Shown: one piece after another, positions 36,671-50,545 of the stretch | Position numbering within the stretch: the first letter of the stretch is position 1 | How the letters are laid out: each line of letters opens with the position of its first letter | NCBI RefSeq assembly: GCF_018977255.1 | Contig: NW_024704742.1 | Span: forward strand, 111,602,001-111,666,000 | Length of the DNA stretch: 64,000 bases | Reading direction: 5' to 3' | Origin: Callorhinchus milii | Lineage: Eukaryota | Position numbers and translations under genes: made by a program | The notes under the pieces: model-generated | Database searches by the model: none | Told to the model about the DNA's origin: nothing | The model's input: the letters and a program-made list of their open reading frames with translations, nothing else

Positions 36671-37249
36671 TCAATTAACACTTCGCAGGTCATGTGTTTA
36701 GAACCCCTAATATTCATAAGTCACATATTGTGCAGAAAATTTTCACACATATTATGCAAATACAACAGTATACCAATATAGAAAGGCACCATAATATGCA
36801 TGCTTTAAATTGTGCAAGGTAGATGTTCCATAATAGAAGCACACTGATGTGACACATTGGAAATACACATACTGAACCATTTATAATCTACGATACTCTG
36901 TGTATATCATATAGAAGCTGATCATATTTCATTTGACAATAAAATGTATACAATTGGAAACTTTGATGCAATCATGTGGGGAAATGCCAGTGGAAATAAT
37001 AATCATATTTTCTTCAGTATGGCGTCACTGTAACAAAGCTATATCAAATGCAGCTGTAATTGATATTCTTCAACTACACGAACTCTGATAAATAAATAAA
37101 GGCTAGTCAGTAGCTCTGGTGGCTTAATTTTTAATGATATTAACTGATATCAAACAGATTCAAAAGCCATTGATTCAGTTCATAGTCAGTACTAAGTTGA
37201 AGAAGATGTTTCATTTAGAATGCTTTTTAATGTTAAAACATTTTAAACC

Positions 37250-37540
37250 ACTTCACCAGAAGTATTGCCATGTGCTTTGGTTGGCAAATGCAGAAGCCAT
37301 TTGTTGCAACAAACAGCCACGAGGTGAATGATCAATTAATCTGGAGGACTGTTGGCCACGACACAAAGAGAAGCTCCTTTCTCTTTTTAACTTGCATCAT
37401 AGAATTTAACGTTTCATCCAAAAAAAACACACACCTTTGACACGACAATGAAGAGATAGGCTGGAACGAAATCACGACTTGAGGCTTGAAGCCACAACCA
37501 TCTGACCCAGAGGCAAAAGTGGTACCAACTCAGCTAACAC
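37250..37540 (-). mobile_element. Old DeuSINE-like element, degenerate
   Basis: caaacagccacgaggtgaatgatcaatt..ttggccacgacac..ctgacccagaggcaaaagtggtaccaact. Confidence 0.6.
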
Positions 37541-39864
37541 TACATTGATCTGAACTAGAGGGAAGAGGCGTAAAGGGGTACTGTACTTTGTCACAAACCT
37601 CTGGGCTGGGGCAAGGAGGAAAATCAATGAAGAATTGTAAGCTGGATCATGATCAGGAAACCATTGCTGTAAAAAACACAGAGATGGACATTGGGTGAGG
37701 AGAGGATCGAACGCTCCCCACTTCCATATTGAGAGATTAAGCAAAGCATTGTTCAGAACTCCTAGCGCATCCCAAACCTTCAAAATCTGACATTAAAAAA
37801 GTTAATTAAAATGGATAGAAAGGCCAATTTAGCTTTTTACCGTTTTATTAAGACCATTAGGGAAGACTGACTCGGAATTACACATCTGAGAAGTATAATC
37901 ATAAAAGGAGGTAACATAAGGTCAGAGCTGAGGCTAGTGATATCCTTTTTTGATAGAGAACATAGGTGCAGAGGCCATCCCAATATCAAAGTGAAGGAGG
38001 GCAAGGTCTGGATGAAAGGGCATCTGCTGAGGCTCACAAGCTGCAGCGTTTTAGGTTTCAAAATACACTCATACCACAAAGATGTGTAAATCACCCTGAG
38101 AAGCACCACTTATTTTAGATCATATTAAGTTTGGAAAAAGGGAAATCAGGAATAAACAGTAAACATATTGGCATAATAATTTGATGTTACAGGTGATCTT
38201 ATGATGTACTGAAGGATAGTGGTGCAGGGAAAATCCGAAATGATGTACCGAGCACTGCACCCAGGTTATAAACCACAGTTACTCAATGTCATTCATCCCA
38301 TGGGGGGCGGGGAGCCAAGAACTCACAGTGAGTGTGAGTTGTGTAGGCTCCACTCAAACATCCTGTCATTAATGAGCTGCAATTCAGTGTTTGTGTACAC
38401 AACACGTGTTCGATGCCTACACTTCTGCTCTAAGCAGATTAATGCTAATTTAATATGGGAACACTTTATATTTAATTTTGAGCTCCTTTAAAACAAGATA
38501 AGTAAATGGGTGACAATAGCAGACCTTCAATCTCTGTAGCTTTAAAATGAATATAAAATCAGCATAGCTATGTTTTCAGGATGCAATGACAATACAAACA
38601 CACCTTCAGGTTTTGTTTGTGAGAAATAAATAGGTCAGAATAGTTTTCTGTGTAAGGGAGCAGTGCTTCTTTTTGCTAAAGGTTGCCATTATTTTTTATT
38701 AATTGTTTTTGCTCATGTGCCCCATTAATTGGATAGCAATACAGCCGAGGGCTTTCACATCGCAAATTGGACAGAAGTATCGTAAAATCTAATTTATTAA
38801 TTGTGTACCATTAATTTAAAAATTAAATTAAAAATGGTTTGCTGTGGCTTTTCTTTCTGAAACCTCCAATGAATACTATGCATGGATTGAAGTGATTAAT
38901 AAAAATTGAGTACTTTTGCAGAGAAAAGCTCATATTGAGTTCCTTGCTTTTATCTGTGTAGGCTGCAGTCCTGCATGCTGAGCCCATTATTTTTCCTTTA
39001 AATCTCAGTTTTTTAATGAAGCCCCATAATGTTAAGTCTGCTTTAATTCCACAANTTTTTTTCTTCTCTTTTTCCGTATATTTTGGCGGGCGCTGTTGCT
39101 TTTAACTGACTCAGTGTTAGTGCCCTCAAAATAATGCCAGTTGCACAAATCTCCCTGTATCTTATTCTCTGGGCTGCAAGACACAAAACCATTTGGATAT
39201 AAGAAGTATGGCAGTGATCATAGTCTGAAACTCAAGCTGACACCACGCAGTGCTTATGAGACAAAGCTGAATAGTGATGTGGGACCTATGCAGGTACTGT
39301 ATTCGGGTTGTTAACCATGCACACAAGTACCCTTATTTATGCAATGAATAACCAATGTGAAGGAATAGAGAATAACCTGTGATCCTTTTAATTATAATAA
39401 CTAATAATAATCCTTGCGTTTGATATAGCTCTATTAACATTAAACATCACAAAGTGCTTTTCAGGTAATTGCCGTCATAGGTAATGACTGTGTACTTGTG
39501 GGCAAAAGGTTGATGCATTGATTGTTAGCTACGTGATTGTAATTTCTTCTGCACACATGTGTTTACACGTGGCTAACACAGACTTCCATCTCCGTGACTC
39601 ATCAACACCCAGCACAAAGTGATCATGTCTCTGTGATGTCTGTTTCAAACTGTGACAGATGTTGGTTGATGTTGTGACTTAATCCTGGTCTAAATCTTTT
39701 CTGGAAACATATTCCATAATAGCATCTGCAATTTGCAGCAGAGAATCTCAGTTGCAAGACATGAGCTGCACGCTGTGGGAAAGTGGGTCGAGTGATGAAG
39801 GTGCAATTTGAAATAAAAAGAGATTTACTTTCAACAGATATTAATAACATTAGTGCTATGAAAC

Positions 39865-40200
39865 ATCACTGTACACTGGCCTTTCATCTCTGGAACCTCA
39901 GTTTGAATCCAGCTAAGATTGATGGAATGGAAGACTCCTGCCTGTTAGCTATAAAGATTGTGAAATGTGGTTGGGATTGTCTTAATCCAGCTTTTAGTGG
40001 ACATAAAGCTGTCTTTTCTTACCGCTAATTCACTCAGAGAAGCCATGGGGTGGCTGGTGTGAGAAATTAATAATTAGGTCTACATTGGCAGTGACTTATA
40101 ATGGGAGCTGAGACACAAATAAAATCTTCTAATACCTGGTAGTATGTGATATTGAGCCGGAGAACTCTACTCAAGAAGTATATCATGTTGGAAGTGGGTT
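39865..40200 (+). mobile_element. LF-SINE-like relic
   Basis: gcctttcatctctgg..tttgaatccagct..tgtgaaatgtggttgg..tcttaatccagcttttagtggaca follows the LF-SINE motif order as recalled; a weaker relative lies at 41215-41340. Confidence 0.55.
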
Positions 40201-40256
40201 CCCGTGGAATGGCGTACAATGCTGCCAGTTCCTGGAAAGAGCTGCTACTGTGGAGG

Positions 40257-40885
40257 ACAACAACAACAACAACAAGATTTAATTTATAGAGCGCCTTTCA
40301 CATCGGGAGGACGTCCCAAGGCGCTGTACAGTTGGGTCAGGACCTGAGCAGGGGGGAAATGGTCAGGGTGAGGGGAGGGAAGGGAGGGAGCGAGGAGGGG
40401 GTAGAGAGTCGAGAGGGGAGCTGAAGGCACGGTCAAAGAGAAAGGTCTTGAGACCGGCCTTGAAGGAGGAAAGGGAGGAAGTAAGGCGAAGGCACTGGGG
40501 ATAGAGTTCCAGAGCCTAGGGGCTGAGAGGCTGAAGGCCCGGCCACCGATGGTAGGGCGGTTGGGGCGGGGGATGTGGAGCAGACCAGAGCCAGAGGAAC
40601 GGAGGGTACGGGCAGGTAAGTAGGGGGATAGTAAGTCAGAGAGGTAGGAGGGAGCGAGGCCGTGAATGGCCTTGGAGGTGAGGATGAGGATCTTGAATTC
40701 GATCCTCTGGGGGATGGGGAGCCAGTGGAGGCGAGCGAGGGTGGGAGTGATGTGGTCGCGAAGCCTGGTGCGGGACAGTACACGAGCTGCAGAGTTCTGA
40801 ATGACCTGCAGCTTGTGGAGGGAGGTGCCGGGAAGGCCGGCGAGGAGAGAGTTCCCATAGTCCAGCCTTGAGGTGATAAAGGACG
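40257..40885 (-). mobile_element. Young 5'-truncated L2 LINE (~630 bp)
   Basis: CpG-rich ORF2 C-terminus ([30 protein letters not shown]) plus UTR and (ttg)n tail. Confidence 0.95.
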
Positions 40886-42074
40886 TCTGCAGAATATCAG
40901 CTCTTTAGTTTGGACATCATGACTGGCATGGAGACGACCTCTGTTTAGAGATTACTAGCAGTCACTTGTGTCTTTTCTGTCTGCCTGTTGTTTCAGTCTA
41001 GGTGACAATCAACATATATTAGACTGCACCTTGTCAAGGAACATTACAGTTCTGTTGACATTTTAATAGATAATACTACTTGGATAAGGAATTGTTTTTC
41101 ATTGCGGTGACTGGATAATGTTTCTTTCAAAGGTCATTTTCTCATTAAATAAGTTTGATATTATATCAAAATTGATTTAATTGTTTATCCTTTTGCCTCT
41201 CCTGGATTCTAGATATTTCATTGTCACTTTCTGTACATATGGAAACTGGGTTTGAATCCAACTGAAATTGATGGAATTAAAGCTTCTGTTACTTCTGTCA
41301 TACATGCATTGCATGGACTGTGTTACCACTATAGTAGTCCAACTGATATTTAATCATCTTTACATTTGATTGTGAGGAACGATGTCAGGAGGATGCCTCA
41401 AAGTGCTTAATAGGATATACAGTACATTCACCCGGTGTGAAAGATGTTGTACAAATGTAATTAGTTGTTGTTTGTTGTTATAATGTGGAGTGACTATATT
41501 TATAGGCAAACATAACAGCTAATTTGTCAATTTGCAAGGCAATGTCCCACAAAAACAGCCATGGACTGAATGTCCAATTTTTATTTTGAGACAAGGACAA
41601 GCTGTGATGGTAATGGGCATTTGCCTAGCTTCTCATATAGATTCTGGCATCCACATGCAAGTGCTATATATTTCTCACACAAACTCTTTGTGCTTCTTGC
41701 ACAAATGGTATATCACTCCCAAGTACTAATGCGTGTGATAAGTATATGAAACAATTCATGCCAATGAAACCTTTTGTGCTCTGATGTGGCAAACAAACAT
41801 GATCCAGGCACAAATATAATTAATTATAAAACCTCTTTTGCATATTTAGTAGGAAAGAAGTGAACGTGAAAACAAAATGTTTTGACAGATAATTAATCTG
41901 AAAGTGCACTGAAAAAGATTTTTTGTCAAATAAAAGACATCACCTTCACTATAAAGCTTTGAGATGAAAGACTCCTCTTTCAGTTAATGAAAATAATAAT
42001 GCTTATATTTGGTTGACCACCTTTCATGTCGAGAAGACATCTTGAAGCTCTTTTCAGGATATATGCAAATATAT

Positions 42075-42450
42075 GCCCATCCGATCTCATCCCTCTGGAA
42101 CACTCACACTACCATTTCCCCATTGATGCATCAAACTGCCTTTTAAATAAGTTCAGTGTCCTGGTCTCTACCAGCTTTCCTGGCATCCTGTTACAGATAT
42201 TGATTGTCCTCTTCATAAAGAAAAACTTCCCGGTATGTGTCCGGAAATTGTCCTTTACAACTCTGAACCTATGCCCATTTGTTCCTCTGTCATGATACAT
42301 CCTAAAGTATTAATCTGGGTTTACTTTTCAATCCCATTTAAAATGTTGGACACCTCTATGAGGTCCCCTCTGAGTCATCTTCTCTGAAGACCGAAGAGTC
42401 CTATCTTGCCCAGTCATTCATAGCTCATTCCTCTAACATTGGGAATCATA
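42075..42450 (-). mobile_element. CR1-clade LINE 3' fragment
   Basis: ORF 42109..42300 TNGHRFRVVKDNFRTHTGKFFF..RTINICNRMP.KLVE..LN.FKRQFD. Confidence 0.85.
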
Positions 42451-43136
42451 ACAAATACATTGGGTTGTCTTATCTAACTCAGGATGCAAACATTCCCTTA
42501 ATTTGGCATCAATTTGCACTCAATCAAATGCAAGTATAATTATTTTTTATGAATCTTTCTCAAACAATCCTTGGGAAAGGGGGCAAAGGGAAAATGCAAC
42601 ACTGGTTTAGAAGGGGGAGCTCTTTTGAGGTTTGCACTAATAGGGGCAGCAGAAGGAAGCTGGGCTCAAAAGGGGAGAAATTCCAGGAAAACATTAGTAG
42701 AGTTACTGCTGAAATTTGGAGAGTTAAATGCTACAACCTGCTAGTTGAATTCCTTAGGTCTTTTATTTCAGCATTTAAAAATTCACGTTATACAATAAAA
42801 CCTTAATTGGGCCTCATTGATGACTAAGGTGCAGATCAGTGTCCCTTTAATCTGTGAATTAAGTCTTTTTACACTGATTTACGATTGCTACTGATTTACA
42901 ACTGTCAAGTGTTTGTGCAAGTGTGCCACAGGCTACAGTAGAAGAGTTCAAAATGGTGGATTGAGCCATAAGCGCATGGAGAACATGTTCCTTCAATTGA
43001 AACATTCTTTTCAGCTATTTCAGCCGTAAATGGATTTGCCTTTGTCAAACGTCAGTTCTGTGTGAAGATGTCTACCTTTTAGCAGTTTTGGTCTACAGAA
43101 TTTATTGTGTTCAAAGAGATACAATCCCTGACTATC

Positions 43137-43200
43137 CAGCGCCTTGGGATGTCCTCCCGACATGAAAGGCGCTATACAAATGCGATTTTATATTGTATTG
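43137..43200 (+). mobile_element. Isolated L2 3' tail
   Basis: cagcgccttgggatgtcctcccgacatgaaaggcgctatacaaatg. Confidence 0.85.
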
Positions 43201-44387
43201 TAGATACATACCACATCTTTGTACCTGTGCCGCATTGAAATGGGTGCACAATGAAGGAATAGATATGGAGGATTAAAAAAAAAGCATTTCTTGGACTGTA
43301 AAAACATTTGAGACAAGATAATCTCATCTGTTTACTGACAAGACCAGCAGATTATCCTGTAGACAAGATTCACTTGGAATTATAACTACTCCATGTGGCA
43401 ATGCCGAGTACTCAAAACAATAGAGCTTTCCCAACTACCAGGGTCGGCAGCTGGTCACATTCCACAATGGCACTCAAAATACACAGCCTTCAGTCAAAGT
43501 GGCAGGAAAACTGCAGTTGGAATAGCTCCAGGCAGCATCAGAAAAGCTGTGGCATACATCTCAACCTTTTTGACTGAGGGAAGGAGAAATGATTCTTCTC
43601 CGCCTTATTGATGTGACTTACCACCTGAAGCTGACCAAGAAAGAAAGTTTTATTTTTATATATATGTGTGTGTGTTAAATTATATTGATGCATGCAAGTT
43701 CTTTCAATCTGCTAATGCTTTTCCTTACCGTTGTAAATGACCATAGCATTTTGTGTTTAGAAGTTGCTCTTCTCCAACATGCAATCAAGCTTCAATGACC
43801 CCATTTAAGGGTCTGTGAGATTTTAGGAAATTCTTCTACTGTTTAGTTACTTTGTGGCAGAGTGACATGTTTCAGAATAGTTTGGTGACACAAGACGCAG
43901 AAGGTGTAACCTGAGTTTGTAAATTCAGAGCGAAACAGCACGTGTGCAAGAGCTGCTAAAATGCTGGTTCACTGGTAACACTGAGCTCCAGTTTTGGGAA
44001 AATCTTTCTTTCCTGGTTGCTGGGTGCCACGGTCTTATTGACTATCTGTCTACTTTGTCAGAGGGCTCCTGACACAATCAGCTACACCACTTTCAACTTG
44101 CTGAACGGTGGTGGAGAATATCACTCAGATATCTAAGCACAACTGAACCAGTACAAAATAAAACCCAGACTGGCATTAAAACTTTCAACATATGTGCACT
44201 GCAATTTCAAACTTTGAATCTGTGCCAACATGGACACTTCCTTTGTTGAGTGGGCACAGGCCTGCTTTATCAGCAGTCGACCTGTTAGGCTATCTGTGCC
44301 CAACCCCCTCTCCATTGGAGTCCCTCTGACTTACCCCCTCACTCACCTCTTTCAAGGTCTGTCTAAAGACTTCCTTCTTCTATTGGA

Positions 44388-44615
44388 TTTGAAATAGTGC
44401 CTGCCCTATCACATTGTTGAGATAAGCTCAAAGTGCTTCGCAGGATATACTGCAAAGTGCATTGACTGTATATATTTTGTGGGCAAAATATGGCAGCCAG
44501 GTTGCACACAGCAATGTCCCACCAATAGCCATGGAGTGAGTGACCGATTTTTTATTGGGGATTTGTTGCTAGGACACCGGGAGAAACTCCCTTCTCTTTT
44601 TGAATGGTTCCATAC
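44388..44615 (-). mobile_element. SINE 3' half (Deu-like body)
   Basis: caaagtgcttcgcaggatatactg..tggcagccag.ttgcacacagcaatgtccc..ggacaccgggagaaactccc. Confidence 0.78.
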
Positions 44616-47194
44616 GGTTTAATAGGTCCAAACGATGGCATTGCATTTATTTAACTTCAGCTACTTTAGCCTTAACCTTGACCTTTTTTTTTACTCTGCA
44701 GAAATTAAAAGATTAAGATGAAATGAGCAGGACATTGGCTGAAAGTTAAAGTTGATCCAATGGCAAAAACCCAGGAGGGGGCAGGAGATGGCTGCAGCAA
44801 GCTGGCAATAGTAGAGGAAAAAGTGCATCATTATTTCTACACAGCTGCATAACCTACTTACTCCAAGCTGTACCAAGTACAGAAATGTGGCAGCTAGATG
44901 TTCTTTACTGTACTCCCTTTGCAAAAGACTGCTAACAAAGCTTTTACTATTGATTGTTTTTCATGAAACTAGCTGTTGCATCTTATTCTATCGCTTTAAG
45001 GGTTAAAGCGAAGTTTTGTCTAGTCGCTGGCACCCGTGACACTTTCATTCTGTTGCAGCTGAGAAGCAAGTCTCCATGAATCTGCTGTTATCATGTTCTT
45101 CAGACTATTTTATGGGTGACTTTAAAAATCCTGCAAGTTTTCAAATTGAGTGACTTTTAAACACTGGTAAACAGACTGTCACACTGAGCGAAGAGAAATG
45201 GGAGAGGTACAAACAATACAGCATGGAAAATATTCACAGGAACATTGTGAAAGAAACAAGGCCAAAAGTGCACACTGTGCAGAGGGTGCACCACCCCGCC
45301 CAGATTCACTTCCCTAAAATGTGGTGGTTTCTGTTAAAAGATTGAAACTTAGCAAACAACCATCTCCACGAGCAATTGGCTACGGGGATAACGTATGTTT
45401 TGTTTTCTTGTTTTACTACATGGATTAGGTGCTCAACTAAACTCTATTTCTAAACATTTCTCTTTCCACGTTAAGTCATAGTTTCCGCCAAGTGGACCAT
45501 ATTCTCAGAATGTCTTTTTTTAAAGATTTTTTTGACAGGTTTTGTGATTATTTTCTGCTCCATGTCTATCCAGTGCTTCAGCCAAAACAAAAATGCATTT
45601 GATTTGATGACTACAATATTGGTCTGTTATTTGTCTACCTGGAACTACTAAACAGTAGAAGAATATCCTAAAACTCGGTGTGCAGTGAATATCTCGGGCT
45701 ATTTAACTGAGGATGAATATTCGAACATGAGAAGGTGACAAAGTTAAGAAGGGCCATCGCCCCTTCTCATTGCATCAGACATCAACAACAACTTACATTG
45801 ATACAACACACTTTACCTAAGGCAACATCTCAGAGCAGTAAAGATTCCAACCAGGTACTTGCACTATCAAGGATATTCTCCAACTTCTTGAAGCTCCCAA
45901 AGGAGATGTCAACTTCAAGTGAAAACGTACGAAAGGATAAAAGTGACTGTGATTTGTCACCGAATAATGATAATCCTTACATTTGATTTAATGCTTTTTG
46001 CATCGGGAGGACATCTCGCTGTTTCACAGGATTTACTGTAAAATGTAGAGACTGTGCATTTTGTAAAAGAATAGTGATTTAATGAGATTTCTATGATATC
46101 GATCCAGATATCAGCCTGGCTCAGGTTCGTGGGTTCAGACTCCATGTCCGGACTTTGAACTCATAGTCTGGGCTGACATTCCAATGCAGTGCTGGGGGAA
46201 CGCTGCATTAAAGAGGTGCTGTTCTTCAGATGATATGTGAAAGAACTCACTATTTCAAAAGTGAAGGCACTTCCTTAATCTTTCCCTTCCAGATTAATGC
46301 CTACTATCTTTCCAAGGCAGTATCAAGCTGCTTCTTCCTCAGAACTGACAATCTTGTTTTTAACCAAATTCTCCCATGTCCAGTTGCGAAGCTCTAAACT
46401 TTAGTCCTTTGTGCACTTGAAGCCTGATCTCAATGATTGCAAATTGCCAGGAAATGTGGGCATAATCACCATTGGCATGGCAGGAAACATTCACAGACCT
46501 TTGACGATTGTCATTGTCTTAGCCTTAAGGCTTTTGTCTTAAAATTTAAGATAATGCAGAATTTTAAAATCCCTCTTAATTCACTGCTTTGAGAGACCAT
46601 GGAGGAAAATGGACATGAGCTGGAGCTGAGCAGCTTCTCCAGGAATAATGGCAGGAAAAGTGGCAGATTGTAGGACTGAAGGGGATACAAAGCAAACAGA
46701 ATCAAGTTGAAAAGAGAAAAATCGTGAATTAGAGGAAGCCTTGGGCTGTACAGTTTAATAGCAGTACAGCTCAAATAATTGTTAAATGTAACCACTAATT
46801 CTATTCTTTAATTTTTTCCCAGCAATTCACTGTCTCAACTCACAATTTCATCAGATCTATTTTTTAAGTTCAGTATTTATTCATTATTTAATGAAGCTGG
46901 GTCATTTAACTACTTATTGAAATCATTTAGCATTTTACATAAACCAAGTCTTTCTATTAATTATTTGTTTAATTCCAGGCAGGAATTGATTCAAAAAGTT
47001 GAATCTGTCACCAGTTCAATTGCTCCTTCATTTAATTTACTGAGTTATTTAATAATTAAATCCAATTAGTATTGTGGCTTCTTTATTAAATTGTTCATCT
47101 TTTTCTGTCCTCTCCTGAAAATATTCACTCATTCTGGGATTTTGTTCTGTAGGTATTACCCACTGTTCAATACCTTGCTCGAGTTGGAATATAC

Positions 47195-47460
47195 ATAGAA
47201 ACATAGTAAAACAGTAACAGGAAGAGGCCATTTGGCTTATTGAACCTGGTTCTTCCAGTGTATTAGAGCTTGGCAGTTCTTTTAATGCCATTGCCCTGTG
47301 CTTTTGCTGCACCCCATAATACCTCTACAATCCAAATATCTGTCTATCTCGCTTTTTAACATTCCTATTGATTTCACCCTTCCGTGTTCTGGGACAGACC
47401 AATCCACATCTTCAGGACCCTCTGTGTGAAGAAATGCTTCCTAACCTCAGTTCTAACCAT
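47195..47460 (-). mobile_element. CR1-clade LINE 3' fragment, degenerate
   Basis: catagaaacatag..acaggaagaggccatttggc..accctctgtgtgaagaaatgcttccta. Confidence 0.7.
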
Positions 47461-48988
47461 CAAGCCTGCTTTCCCATGTCTTTCTATGGCAACTTGGCAA
47501 CATTTTGTTTCCCTTTCGTTTCTCCATATTCCTTAATCCATGTGTGAGCCTAGGCAGTGAGGGTGGTCTGTCTGTTTGGCTGTGGGTGTTGTGATATCCA
47601 AGCCTGAATCTGTCTTCAGTCAACTTCCAAGCTCACAAGTCCATCAAGGATCAATAGCTAGTGATCTGAAGTGGGAACCTTCTTTAACTGAAGTGCACTA
47701 GGATCTATAGTAATGCTTCAATTACCATGCCAACAGAGTCTCAAAATATTTGATTGGCATCTACTTTCTCTCTATAAATATATCAGATGTGTGAGTAAGA
47801 AACACAGCTACTGTAGATGATGTTGGGTTAACATGTACCAGACTCAGCAAAAACAATACCTTATAATACCACCTTTCACATACAGTAATGTCTTCAAGTG
47901 TTTTCGAGACATAGGAGAGAAATCTGAGCAAGGTGGGCCCGACAATTGAACTCAAGAATGACACTGCTGCCAGGCAAAACAAGAAGCAGAAATTTAAGAC
48001 TGTGAACTACTGAAATGGTGCACCATGTAATTAATCCTTCACTATTTTTTGTCAACAAAAAATGATCAATTTACTGCAGAAATTTTTAAAAAATGCAAAA
48101 TCCTCTGGCCTACGGCTGAGAAGGTCTAAGATCTGTGCCAGACACCACCCAGTTGGGTCATTTTTAAAAATAAAATTCATACAGTGGTAAGTTCAAGCCA
48201 AACAGCTTGTCAACACTCATTGTTTGGAGAACATGTGAAGAATGGTTTACTGGCGAGGACTGTGGAGAGAGGAATTTAATAATAAAAGAATCGCATTCAC
48301 TGTAGCACTATATCATGTTGAAACCTCTCAAAGTACCTCACAGATTTTTTTTTCGTGTAGCCGCTGAGTATTTGGAGGCAAACATGGCAGCCAATTTGTC
48401 CACAACAATGTCTCACAAACAAACATGAAGTGAATGACCAATTTCACCTGGAGAATTGTTAGCCATGAGAAACTCACTTCTCTTATTAAATAGTGACACA
48501 GGATCTTTCATGTCCTCCTGAACAGGCTGGTTTAACGTTTAATCTGAAGGATGGCACCTCGAATAATGGTCCAAAACTGCATTGGAGTTGTCAGCCTAGA
48601 ATAAAACTGAAAAAAATATTTTTTTCGTCTGTGGATAGAAACATCAAGAGGGGAGGTGGAAAGAGCAACATACACTGTCAGAGTGGTACCAAATTCCCTT
48701 TCTTAAAGGGGCAGATTAGTGAACCCAAAGTATCAAAATCAGACTCCATTCATAAAATTCATAAAATGAGCCTGAAACTTGAATTAATTTATCCAGTCTG
48801 GTTAACAATTCAATTTAGCCATTGATTCTGTAGAGACCCTGCATTTCCGATAAGGAAAGATATGATTTGCTGTGATCAGATTAGATTAGATTTCTCAACA
48901 GTGCTGGGGGTTTGTTTAGTACCACTAAATAATTAAGTGCCACTAACATTGTATGTTGCTCTTTCTACCTCCCACAGTTGTTTCTATC

Positions 48989-50080
48989 CACAGAATTAAA
49001 CAGCACAGAAGGAGGCCATTCGGACCATCGTGTCTGTGCCGCCTCTTTGAAAAGAGCTATCCAATTCAATCCCACTCCCTCGCTCTCTCCCCATAGCCCT
49101 GCAAACTTGTCTTCCCCAAATAATTATCTACTTCTTTCTTAAAAGTTGTTATCGAATCATCTTCCACCAACTTTTCAGGCAATGCATTCCAGATCCGAAC
49201 AACTCGCTGTGTAAAAAATTCTCCTCACCTCCCCTCTGTTTCTTTAAACAACTATTTTAAATCAGTGTCCTCTGGTTACCAACCCACCCGCCAGTGGAAA
49301 TAATTTCTCATTGTTCACCCAATCGAATCCCCTCATAATTTTTAAAAGTTCTATTAAATCACCTCTTAACCTTCTCTTCTCCAAGGAGAATAATCCTAGC
49401 TTCTCTCGCCCCTCCTGATAACTGAGGTCCCTCATTTCTGGAATCATCCTGTTGCAACCTATCCAATGCCTTGACATCCTTCCTAAAGTGTGGTACCCAG
49501 AACTGAACACAGTACTCTCGCTGAGGCCTAACCAATGTTCTATAAAGGTTCATCATAATTTCTTGACTTTTGTATTCTATGCCCCTGTTTATAAAGCCTA
49601 GTAACCCGTATACTTTTTTAACAGCTTTATCTACCTGTACTGCCTCCTTCAAAGATTTACTTATATGAACCCCCAGGTCTCTCTGTTCCTTCGCCCCCTT
49701 TAAGGTTATATTGCCTCTCCTCATTCTTCCTCCCAAAATGCATCACTTTGCATTTCTCCACATTAAACTTCATCTGCCGCGTGTCTGCCCATTTTACCAA
49801 TATGTCCGTTTGCAGTCTGTTACTATCCTCCTCACAGTTTACTACTCTTCCTAGCTTAGTATCATCTGCAAACTTGGAAATTGTATTCCCTATACCCAAG
49901 TCCAGGTCATTTATATAGATGAAAACACCAGTGGTCCCAATGCTGATCCCTGGGGGGACAACACTGAACACTTCCCTCCAGTCAGAAAATCAACCATTCA
50001 CTCTCTGCTTTCTGTCTCCCAGCCAGTTCTGTATCCACGCTCTGTCCCTTTAATACCATGGGGTTCCATTCTCTCTATTT
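48989..50080 (-). mobile_element. CR1-clade LINE, 3' ~1.1 kb with frameshifted RT C-terminus
   Basis: IYINDLDLGIGNTISKFADDTKLG..KFNVEKCKVMHFGRKN; ERDLGV..LYRTLVRP..EYCVQFW.PH; LGLFSLEKRRLRGDLIE..TRGH. Confidence 0.96.
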
Positions 50081-50369
50081 GTCTCTGATCTAACCCTAGA
50101 TTTATATCATTCCAACACAAACCCTCAGTGGAAGTCTGTTAAAAGTAGGCGATAAGTATTTATCCTGCAGTACTTTCCAGCATCAAGAGGAAGCAATAAC
50201 TAAAATAGTGCCTTGAAGCAGTGAAATCCATCAGCATAGACCCCATCTCAGTGTTAAGGAATACAATTGTGCCTAGTGTTTCTGAAATAAATGATATCAG
50301 AAAAAGTGATTTAAAGAAACACGGCTGCATGTCACACAGATTGAATGTGTGTCTCCTCACTCCTTCTGT

Positions 50370-50545
50370 ACCTTAAAAGCCCACTTTAAAACCTTTCTTT
50401 TTGACCAAACTTTTGTCACCATCTCCCTCTCCTTCCTCTGTATCCTTTCCTCCGTTACTCAGGCTCCCAGTCTGCGCTATGAAGCATTTTGAGACGTCCT
50501 TCCAATGTGAAAGGCGCTATATAAATGTAAAATGATGTTTGTTGA
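50370..50545 (+). mobile_element. L2 3' fragment
   Basis: ccttaaaagcccactttaaaacctttctttttgacc..gaagcattttgagacgtccttccaatgtgaaaggcgctatataaatgt. Confidence 0.75.
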
